Of a stretch of DNA of 64,000 nucleotides, positions 55,648 through 64,000 are shown in pieces. The DNA is from an uncultured Acidobacteriota bacterium (GTDB lineage: Bacteria > Actinomycetota > Acidimicrobiia > Spongiisociales > ZC4RG35): positions 32,001-96,000 of the forward strand of contig CAWHEU010000004.1 in NCBI GenBank assembly GCA_963828465.1, read 5' to 3'. Position numbers and translations under genes: made by a program. Under the pieces are notes generated by a model. It saw only the letters and a program-made list of their open reading frames with translations. It had not been told where the DNA came from and searched no databases. The stretch's first letter is position 1; each line of letters starts with the position of its first letter.

Positions 55648-56070
55648 TCAGCCCAGGCGCTCGAGGGTGACGATCGGGATCTCCCGGTCGGTTCTCGTCT
55701 GGTAAACGGCGTAGTCGCCATAAGACGCCACCACCTTCGGCCACCACACCTCGCGATCCGCCGACGAGGCGGTCCGTGCGGTCAGCACCAGCTTCCTATC
55801 GCCGACCCGGGCGGTGACCGAGGGATCGGCGAGCAGATTGAGATACCACTCTGGATGACGATCACGCCCGCCGTAGGAAGCGATCACCAGAAACTTGTCG
55901 CCATCCCGCAGGTAGAGCAGAGGAACGGTGTGGGGCTGACCGGTCAGCCTCCCCCGCGTGGTGAGGAGGAGCATGTCGTTCCCGACCAGCCGCCTGCCGA
56001 CCACCCCGTTCGTCGCCTCGTAGAGGACGCGGTGAAATGCTGACCACCGCTTGACGCCCGAATCTCTCAC
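55648..56070 (-). CDS. Deazaflavin (F420)-dependent nitroreductase family protein (Ddn-like)
   Basis: Motifs LLLTTRGRLTG, VIASYGG..HPEWYLNL, YQTRTDREIP. Confidence 0.88.
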   Translation of the reverse strand: MRDSGVKRWSAFHRVLYEATNGVVGRRLVGNDMLLLTTRGRLTGQPHTVPLLYLRDGDKFLVIASYGGRDRHPEWYLNLLADPSVTARVGDRKLVLTARTASSADREVWWPKVVASYGDYAVYQTRTDREIPIVTLERLG

Positions 56071-56080
56071 CGTGCTGGCC

Positions 56081-57106
56081 TCAGCCGGCGTCGCTGGACC
56101 TGGCCCACAAGTTGATGTCGCCCTCAACCGCGTACCGGTCGATGGCAGCCAACTCCTCCTCACTGAAACGCGTGTTGTCGACGGCTCGCAGCAGGTCTTC
56201 GACCTGAGACCAGCGACTCGCCCCGATGAGAGCCGACGTGACACGTTCGTCTCGTAGCACCCAGGCCACGGCCATCTGGGCCAGGGTCTGGCCCCGATCT
56301 CGGGCGACGTCGTTGAGCCCGCTCACCCGGGCCAGGTTGTCTTCGGACAGCATCGAGCGATCCAGCGCACCTCCTGTCGCCACCCGGGAGTCGGCCGGGA
56401 CACCATCGAGGTATCGATCGGTCAGCAGCCCCTGGGCCAAGGGAGAGAACGCGATGCAGCCGATACCCAGCTCGCCGAGCACATCGAGGAGCCCATCCTC
56501 GACCCACCGATTGAGCATTGAATAAGAGGGCTGATGGATGATGAACGGCGTCCCGAGTCGGGTGAGGATGGCGTGCGCCTCCCGTGTCATCTCCGGGCTA
56601 TATGAGGAGATCCCGGCATATAGGGCCTTCCCGGCGCGGACCGCGGTATCGAGTGAGCCCAGGGTCTCCTCGAGGGGCGTGTCCGGGTCGTAACGATGGG
56701 AGTAGAAGATGTCGACGTATTCGAGTCCCATACGCGTCAGGCTCTGGTCCAAGCTGGCCAACAGGTACTTCCGTGAGCCCCATTCGCCATAGGGCCCCTC
56801 CCACATGTCGTATCCCGCCTTGGTGGAGATGATCAGCTCATCGCGATATGGCGCCAAGTCCGAAGCAAGAAGCGTCCCGAAGTTCCGCTCCGCCGATCCG
56901 GGTGGTGGCCCGTAGTTGTTGGCCAGGTCGAAGTGTGTGATCCCCTGGTCGAAGGAGTTCAGGATCATGCGCCGACCCTCCTCGGTCAGCGAGTCGCCTC
57001 CGAAGTTGTGCCATAGCCCCAAAGACACCCGGGGCAGGTCGAGACCACTCCGCCCCGATCGGGCATAGGGCATACGGCTGTATCGGTCCGGGTCTGGATT
57101 GTGCAA
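56081..57106 (-). CDS. Aldo/keto reductase, L-glyceraldehyde-3-phosphate reductase (YghZ/MgrA-like)
   Basis: Motifs SLGLWHNFG, HFDLANNYGPPPGSAE, STKAGYDMW, HQPSYSMLNR; TTG start after AGGAGGTGA. Confidence 0.9.
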   Translation of the reverse strand: MHNPDPDRYSRMPYARSGRSGLDLPRVSLGLWHNFGGDSLTEEGRRMILNSFDQGITHFDLANNYGPPPGSAERNFGTLLASDLAPYRDELIISTKAGYDMWEGPYGEWGSRKYLLASLDQSLTRMGLEYVDIFYSHRYDPDTPLEETLGSLDTAVRAGKALYAGISSYSPEMTREAHAILTRLGTPFIIHQPSYSMLNRWVEDGLLDVLGELGIGCIAFSPLAQGLLTDRYLDGVPADSRVATGGALDRSMLSEDNLARVSGLNDVARDRGQTLAQMAVAWVLRDERVTSALIGASRWSQVEDLLRAVDNTRFSEEELAAIDRYAVEGDINLWARSSDAG

Positions 57107-57122
57107 CGGACTCACCTCCTGG

Positions 57123-57965
57123 TCAGACAGCTTCCAATTGTGGCTCGTCCTTCCGTCGACGTCGCGACGTCGACCCTGACGATGGCTCCCACCTGAAGAA
57201 CCGGATCGCGAGGAGAGCGGCCACCACACCCCAGAGGGCGAGATAGCCGATCTGGGGCCAGTGGAACTGAGGCCCGGTCAGGGTGGGGTCGAAGGCATCT
57301 CGGAAAGCCTCGGCGAAGGCTTTGAGTGGGAAGAAGTTGCCGGCGATCTCCATCCACCGCGGTGGGTCCTGTATCGGGAAGAAAATGTTGGAGATGAACG
57401 CGACGGGGAGGAGAGTGGCGTTGGTGATCGCGGGGGCGGCATCGCCATTGGGCGAGATCGCCGCTACCAACATCCCGAGAGCAGCGAAACAGCTGACCCC
57501 GACGACGAACGTGAGCAGGGCCGCCGGCAGGGTGCGGGCGATGATCTGGACCCCGTAAAAGACCACTCCGGCCGCCATCATCAGGGCCATGGCGAGAAAT
57601 GCGAGGTAGACCGAGGAAGCCACGCGGCCTGCGATGTAGGCCCACGGCGGGATCGGCGTGCCCCGGATACGCTTGAGTATCCCGTTGTCGCGGGCAATGG
57701 CCGTGCCGATGGCGAGATTGGTGTAGGTGGCCGAGACGGCAGCGAACACGGCGAGGCCGGGGGTGAAGTACTGGGCCGTGGTGATCCCCAAGCCTTCGAT
57801 CTCATCGTTGCCGAAGATGGCGGTGAACAGCACGAGCAACATCAACGGGAACACGATGGTGAAGAATGCTGCGATCGGCGTGCGCCAGAACACCTTGTTC
57901 TGATAGCGGAACTGCTGCCAGACCAAAGACCATACCGAGGGTCTGTGTAGGGCTTCAGTGCTCAT
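57123..57965 (-). CDS. ABC-2 type exporter permease
   Basis: Motifs FWRTPIAAFFT, GILKRIRGTP, FISNIFFP; six TM segments. Confidence 0.88.
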   Translation of the reverse strand: MSTEALHRPSVWSLVWQQFRYQNKVFWRTPIAAFFTIVFPLMLLVLFTAIFGNDEIEGLGITTAQYFTPGLAVFAAVSATYTNLAIGTAIARDNGILKRIRGTPIPPWAYIAGRVASSVYLAFLAMALMMAAGVVFYGVQIIARTLPAALLTFVVGVSCFAALGMLVAAISPNGDAAPAITNATLLPVAFISNIFFPIQDPPRWMEIAGNFFPLKAFAEAFRDAFDPTLTGPQFHWPQIGYLALWGVVAALLAIRFFRWEPSSGSTSRRRRKDEPQLEAV

Positions 57966-58848
57966 CGGTCAGCTCGAGATAGACATCCTCCAACGATGGT
58001 CGGGCGACCTGGAGTTGTTCCAGCTCCAGGTCTTTGCCGATCGCCCAGGTGGTGAGCTCATGGAGCGCCCGGGTGGCCGACTCGGCGCTGACCTCGATCA
58101 TGTCGCCGTCCACCGTGCTGGCGCTGATCGGCAGTTCCTCGACGCTGACCCCTTCAGGAAGCGCGAATCGGATCATGCTCTTCCCGTCCGCCCGCCCGCC
58201 GAGCGTCTCCGGTGTGCCCTCCGCCACGATCTTGCCGCTGTCGATGATGGCGATCCGATCCGCAAGATGCTGGGCCTCATCCATGTAGTGGGTCGTGAGC
58301 AGGATTGTCTTGCCCAGGTCAGCCAGGTTCTCGAGGATCCCCCAGGCCTGTCTGCGCGCCGAGGGGTCGAATCCGGTGGTGGGCTCGTCCAGGAAGAGAA
58401 GGTCGGGATCGCCGACCAGCCCGAGGGCCAGCTCGAGTCTTCGCTGCTGGCCACCCGACAGGGTCTTGATCCTGGCGTCGGCCTTTTCGGTGAGCCCGAC
58501 CAGGTCGATCAAATGATCGGCCTCGAGCCGCCTGGGATACATGCCCCCGTATATGGACAACGCCTCACGCACCGAGAGCTCCCGTTCCACAGCGCCCTCC
58601 TGGAGCACGATCCCGATTCGCTCCCGGTAGGCGCGGCCGCCTGTGGAGGGGTCGAAGCCGAGCACACTGATGCTGCCGCCATCGGCCGAGCGATGCCCCT
58701 CGAGGATCTCTACCGTGGTGGTCTTGCCCGCCCCGTTGGGTCCGAGCAGCGCAAACACCTCACCGGTCTCGATCGAGATGTCGACGCCGTCGACGGCCAC
58801 CACGTCGCCATAGGACTTCCTGAGGCCCCTGACCTCGATTGCCGCCAT
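57955..58848 (-). CDS. ABC exporter ATP-binding protein (DrrA-like)
   Basis: Motifs GPNGAGKTT, LSGGQQRR, DEPTTGFD, TTHYMDEA, SLEDVYL. Confidence 0.92.
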   Translation of the reverse strand: MAAIEVRGLRKSYGDVVAVDGVDISIETGEVFALLGPNGAGKTTTVEILEGHRSADGGSISVLGFDPSTGGRAYRERIGIVLQEGAVERELSVREALSIYGGMYPRRLEADHLIDLVGLTEKADARIKTLSGGQQRRLELALGLVGDPDLLFLDEPTTGFDPSARRQAWGILENLADLGKTILLTTHYMDEAQHLADRIAIIDSGKIVAEGTPETLGGRADGKSMIRFALPEGVSVEELPISASTVDGDMIEVSAESATRALHELTTWAIGKDLELEQLQVARPSLEDVYLELTDEH

Positions 58849-58871
58849 TTCCGGGATCCTAGGATGCCGCC

Positions 58872-59330
58872 ATGACAGCAGAATCCGGTCCAATTGGGCC
58901 TGTGGTTGTGGGAATCGACGGGTCCGAGCCGGGCTTCACGGCATTGCGACATGCGGTTCGGGAGGCCGAATGGCGAGACGTCCCTCTGCACGCGGTCCAC
59001 GTGCTCGATGTCAGCCCGGCTGTTCTCCACCTCGAGGGAGATCGAACGGTCAACACCCGCGAGCTCGCCGAGAGCGACAGGGCCCGGATCTGGGAGCTGG
59101 CCGAGCCCATCCTCGAAGACACCAAAGCGGAGGTGGTACGCGTAGAGAGGGACGGCAACCCGGGCAAGACGCTCATCGCATATTGCGACGAAGCCGGCGG
59201 GTCAGTGCTGGTGGTTGGACCGCGGGGTCGGGGACGAGTGGGCCGATGGCTGCTCGGGTCGACCGCCGACCAGGCGGTCAAGACTGCGCCTTGCGATGTG
59301 CTCGTTGTCAAGCCTGGTGCGGACATCTAG
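58872..59330 (+). CDS. Universal stress protein (UspA family)
   Basis: Motifs VVVGIDGS and LVVGPRGRG...LLGSTA...APCDVLVV. Confidence 0.92.
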   Translation: MTAESGPIGPVVVGIDGSEPGFTALRHAVREAEWRDVPLHAVHVLDVSPAVLHLEGDRTVNTRELAESDRARIWELAEPILEDTKAEVVRVERDGNPGKTLIAYCDEAGGSVLVVGPRGRGRVGRWLLGSTADQAVKTAPCDVLVVKPGADI

Positions 59331-59371
59331 GCCTGCCTCCTTGAGTTTTCAGGCGGGCGGGTCGATCCTCT

Positions 59372-59974
59372 AGCCGTGCATGCACTGTTGTTGGCGGTGT
59401 TCATGGCTGTGCTTCCTCCTGGAGGCTCGTTCGTCGATGACGACGGGAACGTCCACGAGGGGGGTATCGAGGCGATCGCCGCCGAAGGCATCACCCGTGG
59501 CTGCAACCCACCAGCCAACGACCGTTACTGTCCGGAAAAGACAGTCACTCGGGGCCAAATGGCGGTGTTTCTGGCCCGCGCCCTCGATCTCGGCCCCACC
59601 TCCAACGACTATTTCAACGACGACGAAACCAGCCTGTTCGAAGCCGGGATCAACCGTCTCGCCGCCGCCGGGATTACCCAGGGCTGCAATCCGCCGGCCA
59701 ACAACCGGTTCTGTCCCGAACAGGAAATGACCCGTGGCCAGATGGCAGCCATGCTGGCCAGAGCCTTCGACTATCCGGTGTCACACCACAACCGGTTCAA
59801 CGATGACAACGGTCACATCTTCGAACAGGCAATCCAGAAGCTCGCCGCCGCTGGAGTGACCGTCGGCTGCAATCCACCGGCCAACAACCGGTTCTGTCCC
59901 AACGATCCGATCAGACGAGACCAGATGGCCACCCTCCTCACCCGAGCCAACCACCTCACCCCCAACCGACCACC
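59372..59974 (+). repeat. 603-bp direct repeat, copy 1 (N-terminal leader + three SLH-like modules)
   Basis: Matches 60994-61596 (offset 1622 bp) with six mismatches by manual comparison. Confidence 0.95.
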
Positions 59975-60983
59975 GGCGCGACTGCTGCCCACCCCGGGCA
60001 ACCCTGACGGAAATTCGCCTGTCCCTGTCGCCGGCAGGGCGGTGGACACCTCCAACCCGGACATCGTGATCGGCAATGGCTCGCCACAGGGTTGCACGTC
60101 CCAGGCGGTGGTGAACGCCGTGGCGCAGGGGGGGATCATCACATTCGACTGCGGGCCGGACCCGGTGACGATCGTCATGAATGCCACGGCCAAGGTCTTC
60201 AACGACACCGGGCCCGAAATCGTCATCGACGGCGGCGGCCTCGTGACGCTCAGCGGGGGCGGCGTGCGACGGATCCTCTACATGAACACATGCGATCTGG
60301 CCCAGGTCTGGACCACCGCCCACTGCCAGAACCAGGACCACCCGAGGCTGACCGTGCAAAACCTGGGTTTCATCGATGGGAACAGCACGAGCCATGGTCA
60401 GGACCTGGAGGGTGGTGGGGGCGCAATCTGGGTGCGCGGCGGTCGCTTCAAGATCGTGAACTCTGTGTTTGCCCGAAACACCTGTGCGCCAAGCGGGCCC
60501 GACGTGGGAGGCGCCTCGGTCAGGGTCTTCAGTCAGCATGACAACCAACCGGTCTACGTCGTCAACAGCACATTCGGCGGCGGCACGTCATTTGCCAATA
60601 CCTGCTCCAACGCCGGTGGCATCAGCAGCATCGGGGTCTCCTGGACCATCATCAACAGCCTCTTCACCGACAACGACGCCACCGGCCGCGGTGCCAACCC
60701 GGCCCGAGGGGGCACTCCGGGCGGCGGAAGTGGTGGGGCCATCTATCTGGACGGGAACACCATGACTCTGCGGATCCAGGGCACGAGGATCGAGCGCAAC
60801 CACGCACAGGAAGGTGGCGGCGGCATCTTCTTCGTCAGCAATGACAGGACGGGACACCTCGTGATCCAGAGCTCCGTCCTGTCGAACAACCCGAGCGACG
60901 GGTTCGAGACGGCCGGCTTCCCGGGCATCTTCTATCTCGGCGACGGGCCGATCCAGGTGACCGACAGCGTGATCGAGGACTGA
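59376..60983 (+). CDS. SLH-like domain surface protein with C-terminal beta-helix/Pmp-like domain
   Basis: Three repeats FxDD...AAxG(I/V)TxGCNPPANxx(Y/F)CP...RxQMA; C-terminal GGAI / FxxN repeats. Confidence 0.85.
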   Translation: MHALLLAVFMAVLPPGGSFVDDDGNVHEGGIEAIAAEGITRGCNPPANDRYCPEKTVTRGQMAVFLARALDLGPTSNDYFNDDETSLFEAGINRLAAAGITQGCNPPANNRFCPEQEMTRGQMAAMLARAFDYPVSHHNRFNDDNGHIFEQAIQKLAAAGVTVGCNPPANNRFCPNDPIRRDQMATLLTRANHLTPNRPPARLLPTPGNPDGNSPVPVAGRAVDTSNPDIVIGNGSPQGCTSQAVVNAVAQGGIITFDCGPDPVTIVMNATAKVFNDTGPEIVIDGGGLVTLSGGGVRRILYMNTCDLAQVWTTAHCQNQDHPRLTVQNLGFIDGNSTSHGQDLEGGGGAIWVRGGRFKIVNSVFARNTCAPSGPDVGGASVRVFSQHDNQPVYVVNSTFGGGTSFANTCSNAGGISSIGVSWTIINSLFTDNDATGRGANPARGGTPGGGSGGAIYLDGNTMTLRIQGTRIERNHAQEGGGGIFFVSNDRTGHLVIQSSVLSNNPSDGFETAGFPGIFYLGDGPIQVTDSVIED

Positions 60984-60993
60984 CGGTGACATC

Positions 60994-61596
60994 AGCCGTG
61001 CATGCACTGTTGTTGGCGGTGTTCATGGCTGTGCTTCCTCCTGGAGGCTCGTTCGTCGATGACGACGGGAACGTCCACGAGGGGGGTATCGAGGCGATCG
61101 CCGCCGAAGGCATCACCCGTGGCTGCAACCCACCGGCCAACGACCGTTACTGTCCGGAAAAGACAGTCACTCGGGGCCAAATGGCGGTGTTCCTGGCCCG
61201 CGCCCTCGATCTCGGCCCCACCTCCAACGACTATTTCATCGACGACGAAACCAGCCTGTTCGAAGCCGGGATCAACCGTCTCGCCGCCGCCGGGATTACC
61301 CAGGGCTGCAATCCGCCGGCCAACAACCGGTTCTGTCCCGAACAGGAAATGACCCGTGGCCAGATGGCAGCCATGCTGGCCAGAGCCTTCGACTATCCGG
61401 TGTCACACCACAACCGGTTCAACGACGACAACGGTCACATCTTCGAACAGGCAATCCAGAAGATCGCCGCCGCTGGAGTGACCGTCGGCTGCAATCCACC
61501 GGCCAACAACCGGTTCTGTCCCAACGATCCGATCAGACGAGACCAGATGGCCACCCTCCTCACCCGAGCCAACCACCTCACCCCAAACCGACCACC
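60994..61596 (+). repeat. 603-bp direct repeat, copy 2
   Basis: Second copy of 59372-59974. Confidence 0.95.
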
Positions 61597-62482
61597 CGGG
61601 CGATGCCCCACACTCCCGGCGGACGACATCTGGAACACCCCGATCGATCATCTACCGGTGCACACACGCTCGACTCAATACGTGTCGTCGATCGGGCTCT
61701 TGGCCCATCTCCACCCCGACTTCGGATCGGGTGTCTGGCCGCCCGGATCCAACAGCCCCATCGGGATCCCATATGTCGAGGCGCCGTCCGGCACACCTGC
61801 CGTGACCGTCACTTATACCGCCTATGGCAGCGAGTCGGACCCGGGCCCGTTGCCGATTCCCGCCGGCGCTCCGATCGAGGGTGGGCCCGATTCGTCGGGC
61901 GATCGTCACGTCATCGTCGTCGACCGATATCGATGCGAGCTCTTCGAGCTATTCGATGCCCATCCGGGACCAGGCTCATCCTGGCGAGCAGCATCAGGAG
62001 CCCGGTATCAGCTCGATTCGTCTCGACTTCGCCCCGATGGTTGGACTTCGGCCGACGCTGCCGGCCTACCGATCTTTCCGGGTCTGGTTCGATACGACGA
62101 AGTTGCCTCCGGGCACATCGATCACGCCATCAGATTCACGGCGCCGCAAACGCGGTCGGCGCACGTTTGGCCCGCCCGCCACCACGCCTCGAGTTCGCCC
62201 AACCTGGCCCTGCCGGCGATGGGGCAGAGGTTTCGCCTCTCGGCCCAGTTCGACATCTCGGGTTTCTCACCTCAGGTGCAGGTGATCCTGCGGGCCTTCA
62301 AGGAGTACGGGATCATCCTCGCCGACAATGGCTCCCCGTGGTACATCTCCGGGAGCCCGGACCCCAGGTGGGACAACGATCTGTTGCGTGAGTTGAAGGA
62401 GATCCCCGGGTCCGCATTCGAGGCGGTCGATGTCTCGTCGTTGATGATCGATCCCGGCTCCGGACAGGCGCGTCAGCCCTGA
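60998..62482 (+). CDS. SLH-like domain surface protein with uncharacterised C-terminal domain
   Basis: Same N-terminal ~200 aa as 59376-60983, then WNTPID...HLHPDFG...ESDPGP...GDRHV...WTSADAAGLPIFPGLVRYDEV...HAIRFT. Confidence 0.85.
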   Translation: MHALLLAVFMAVLPPGGSFVDDDGNVHEGGIEAIAAEGITRGCNPPANDRYCPEKTVTRGQMAVFLARALDLGPTSNDYFIDDETSLFEAGINRLAAAGITQGCNPPANNRFCPEQEMTRGQMAAMLARAFDYPVSHHNRFNDDNGHIFEQAIQKIAAAGVTVGCNPPANNRFCPNDPIRRDQMATLLTRANHLTPNRPPGRCPTLPADDIWNTPIDHLPVHTRSTQYVSSIGLLAHLHPDFGSGVWPPGSNSPIGIPYVEAPSGTPAVTVTYTAYGSESDPGPLPIPAGAPIEGGPDSSGDRHVIVVDRYRCELFELFDAHPGPGSSWRAASGARYQLDSSRLRPDGWTSADAAGLPIFPGLVRYDEVASGHIDHAIRFTAPQTRSAHVWPARHHASSSPNLALPAMGQRFRLSAQFDISGFSPQVQVILRAFKEYGIILADNGSPWYISGSPDPRWDNDLLRELKEIPGSAFEAVDVSSLMIDPGSGQARQP

Positions 62483-62505
62483 GCGGGCCCGCCCGTCCGG
62501 GTATC

Positions 62506-62883
62506 TCAGCGACTCAGGGCGCGCCAGATCCCGACCGAGGCCAGAAGCAGCGTGACTCCGATCTTGGTGAAATCGATCACCGGCGTCACCTCGACCCTGC
62601 TGGGTGTGACCCTGATCATTGCCACCGGACGCCCCTGGGAGAAGCCTCCGCCACCTCCACCCTCTCCAGTGCCAATCTCGTCTTCGCCGCTCTGGCCCTG
62701 GCCGGCGCCGAACCCGAAACCACCGGCCCGCTCCCATGCCACCGCGGTGACGATGAGGTCGTCGCCGTGTTTGATCGGCTCGGAGAACAACGCACTCGGG
62801 GACGCCTCGCCGAAGAGCCCGGTGAGGGCGTCGCCGATCTGCGAGGCGATCGCCTCCGAAGTCGTCTGATCGTCATTTGCCAT
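62506..62883 (-). CDS. YtfJ/GerW-like protein
   Basis: Pattern FSEPI...GGFGFGAG...GGGGGG...RPVAMI...VEVTPV with a C-terminal hydrophobic helix. Confidence 0.7.
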   Translation of the reverse strand: MANDDQTTSEAIASQIGDALTGLFGEASPSALFSEPIKHGDDLIVTAVAWERAGGFGFGAGQGQSGEDEIGTGEGGGGGGFSQGRPVAMIRVTPSRVEVTPVIDFTKIGVTLLLASVGIWRALSR

Positions 62884-63130
62884 CGAGCCACCTCCAGATT
62901 CCGGCCAACACGAGCATCACGACAGCAGCCAGCCTGACCTCCATCACGTGATCCCGGATCGGGATTACCACACCGCTGTCAGGGAGCCTGACGAGGACGG
63001 GTCGGTGATATGTGAAGCCACCGCCGCCAATCGAGGTCGTCCAGTAGAAACCACTGTCGGCAAACGTCAAAGTGACACCACTGGCGCCATCGACCGCCTG
63101 CTCTGATCGGGCATGTCTGAACCGCAACAT
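62873..63130 (-). CDS. Small hypothetical membrane-anchored protein
   Basis: Overlaps the downstream start; contains RPVLV...IPIRD and a C-terminal TM helix. Confidence 0.55.
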   Translation of the reverse strand: MLRFRHARSEQAVDGASGVTLTFADSGFYWTTSIGGGGFTYHRPVLVRLPDSGVVIPIRDHVMEVRLAAVVMLVLAGIWRWLDGK

Positions 63131-63153
63131 GGCACCACCCTACAAACCCGGCG

Positions 63154-64000
63154 TCATAGCCCGGTCAGCATCTGGTCTACTGGCGCGAAGTCGTCGGTCA
63201 AGGGGCGGGCGTCGTCGATGAACCGGGCCAGCTCGTCACCGGTCAGCCCGACCTCCACCCCGCCTCTGGAGGAGAGAGCCGATCGCACCCGATCCATGTC
63301 GATCGGATCGTCCGACCCAACGAGGACGTAATTGCCACCTCGGTCCCCCGTGAAGTAGTCCCCCGGGGCGAACACCGCCACGTGGCCGAACACCTCCTTG
63401 AGCGTCGCAGCCTCGGCCCGGGCGAAACGCGCCTCGGGCCGGTCGATCACGTTGACCGTGTAGAACCCTCCCGGCGCCAGCGAGTCACCGATCATCTCGA
63501 CGAACTCCACCGTGGTGAGATGCCACGGCACTGTGAGGCCGGTGAACGCGTCACCGACTACGACATCGACCGAGCCTGGTGCAACTTCTGTGATCGATCT
63601 CCGTGCGTCATCGACAATCACCTCGGCCTCGTCCTCGAACCCGAGATGACGCCGGCCGATATCGACCAGCGAGGCATCGATCTCGAGAACCCGGTGTTCG
63701 GTGCCCGGTCGTGTGGCAGCCAGATACCCGGGCAAGGTGAATCCCCCTCCACCAATGGAGACGACATCGAGAGGGCCCGAGGGCATCTCGACATCGATCA
63801 GATCGGCCATCACCCGGATGTAGCGAAACTCGAGGTGGGTCGGGTCCTCGAGGTCGACGTAGCTGTTGTGGCCACGATCCAGGATCAGCAACCTCCCCGA
63901 CGGGCGCGCAGTGTCGGCAACCACTTCGGCGCAGTGGTAGGAGGTCTCGTATTGGCACGGTCCTTCCCACACGAGGGCAAAGCCGCTCAGGAGGAACAGC
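63154..64000 (-). CDS. Fused MFS/spermidine synthase-like protein (C-terminal part; start outside the window)
   Basis: Motifs LEFRY, IGGGGFTLP, EIDASLV, DAR, DVVVGDAF, PWHLTTVEF, LTDDFAPVD. Confidence 0.85.
   Translation of the reverse strand, partial: LFLLSGFALVWEGPCQYETSYHCAEVVADTARPSGRLLILDRGHNSYVDLEDPTHLEFRYIRVMADLIDVEMPSGPLDVVSIGGGGFTLPGYLAATRPGTEHRVLEIDASLVDIGRRHLGFEDEAEVIVDDARRSITEVAPGSVDVVVGDAFTGLTVPWHLTTVEFVEMIGDSLAPGGFYTVNVIDRPEARFARAEAATLKEVFGHVAVFAPGDYFTGDRGGNYVLVGSDDPIDMDRVRSALSSRGGVEVGLTGDELARFIDDARPLTDDFAPVDQMLTGL

Noticed and set aside
62506-62883. YtfJ/GerW-like gene and SigF-like sigma factor as evidence of sporulation
   Set aside because: Both families are widespread in non-sporulating bacteria, and no other sporulation genes are present.

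Overview
High-GC chromosomal segment from an actinobacterium, probably Acidimicrobiia. That placement is inferred from F420-dependent enzymes, a DUF222-HNH gene, an actinobacterial LexA box and Cys-containing SLH-like repeats. From left to right the window holds: a SigB/SigF-type stress island (sigma factor with a fused degenerate anti-sigma-like domain, STAS, RsbW-like kinase, small stress proteins, osmC); typA; a class III cyclase-STAND-TPR protein; metX-lysA; a dispersed reductive pyrimidine catabolism set (TIGR03842-type F420 LLM oxidoreductase, mmsA, dihydropyrimidinase, ureidopropionase-like hydrolase, NMT1-type ABC transporter); a PadR/HTH_42 unit; an orphan histidine kinase; a DUF222-HNH gene with LexA and PafBC motifs; SAM-riboswitch-controlled metH plus an MTHFR-like gene; homoserine dehydrogenase preceded by a complete Thr-rich leader-peptide attenuator; a LacI-regulated GH1/GH5 sugar ABC locus; gltB without an adjacent gltD; redox and transport genes; and two SLH-like surface proteins sharing a near-identical 603-bp N-terminal cassette. 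I found no rRNA, tRNA, CRISPR array, prophage or IS transposase. At least eight genes carry single-base indels, most likely long-read assembly errors. All family calls come from reading motifs by eye, not from database searches.
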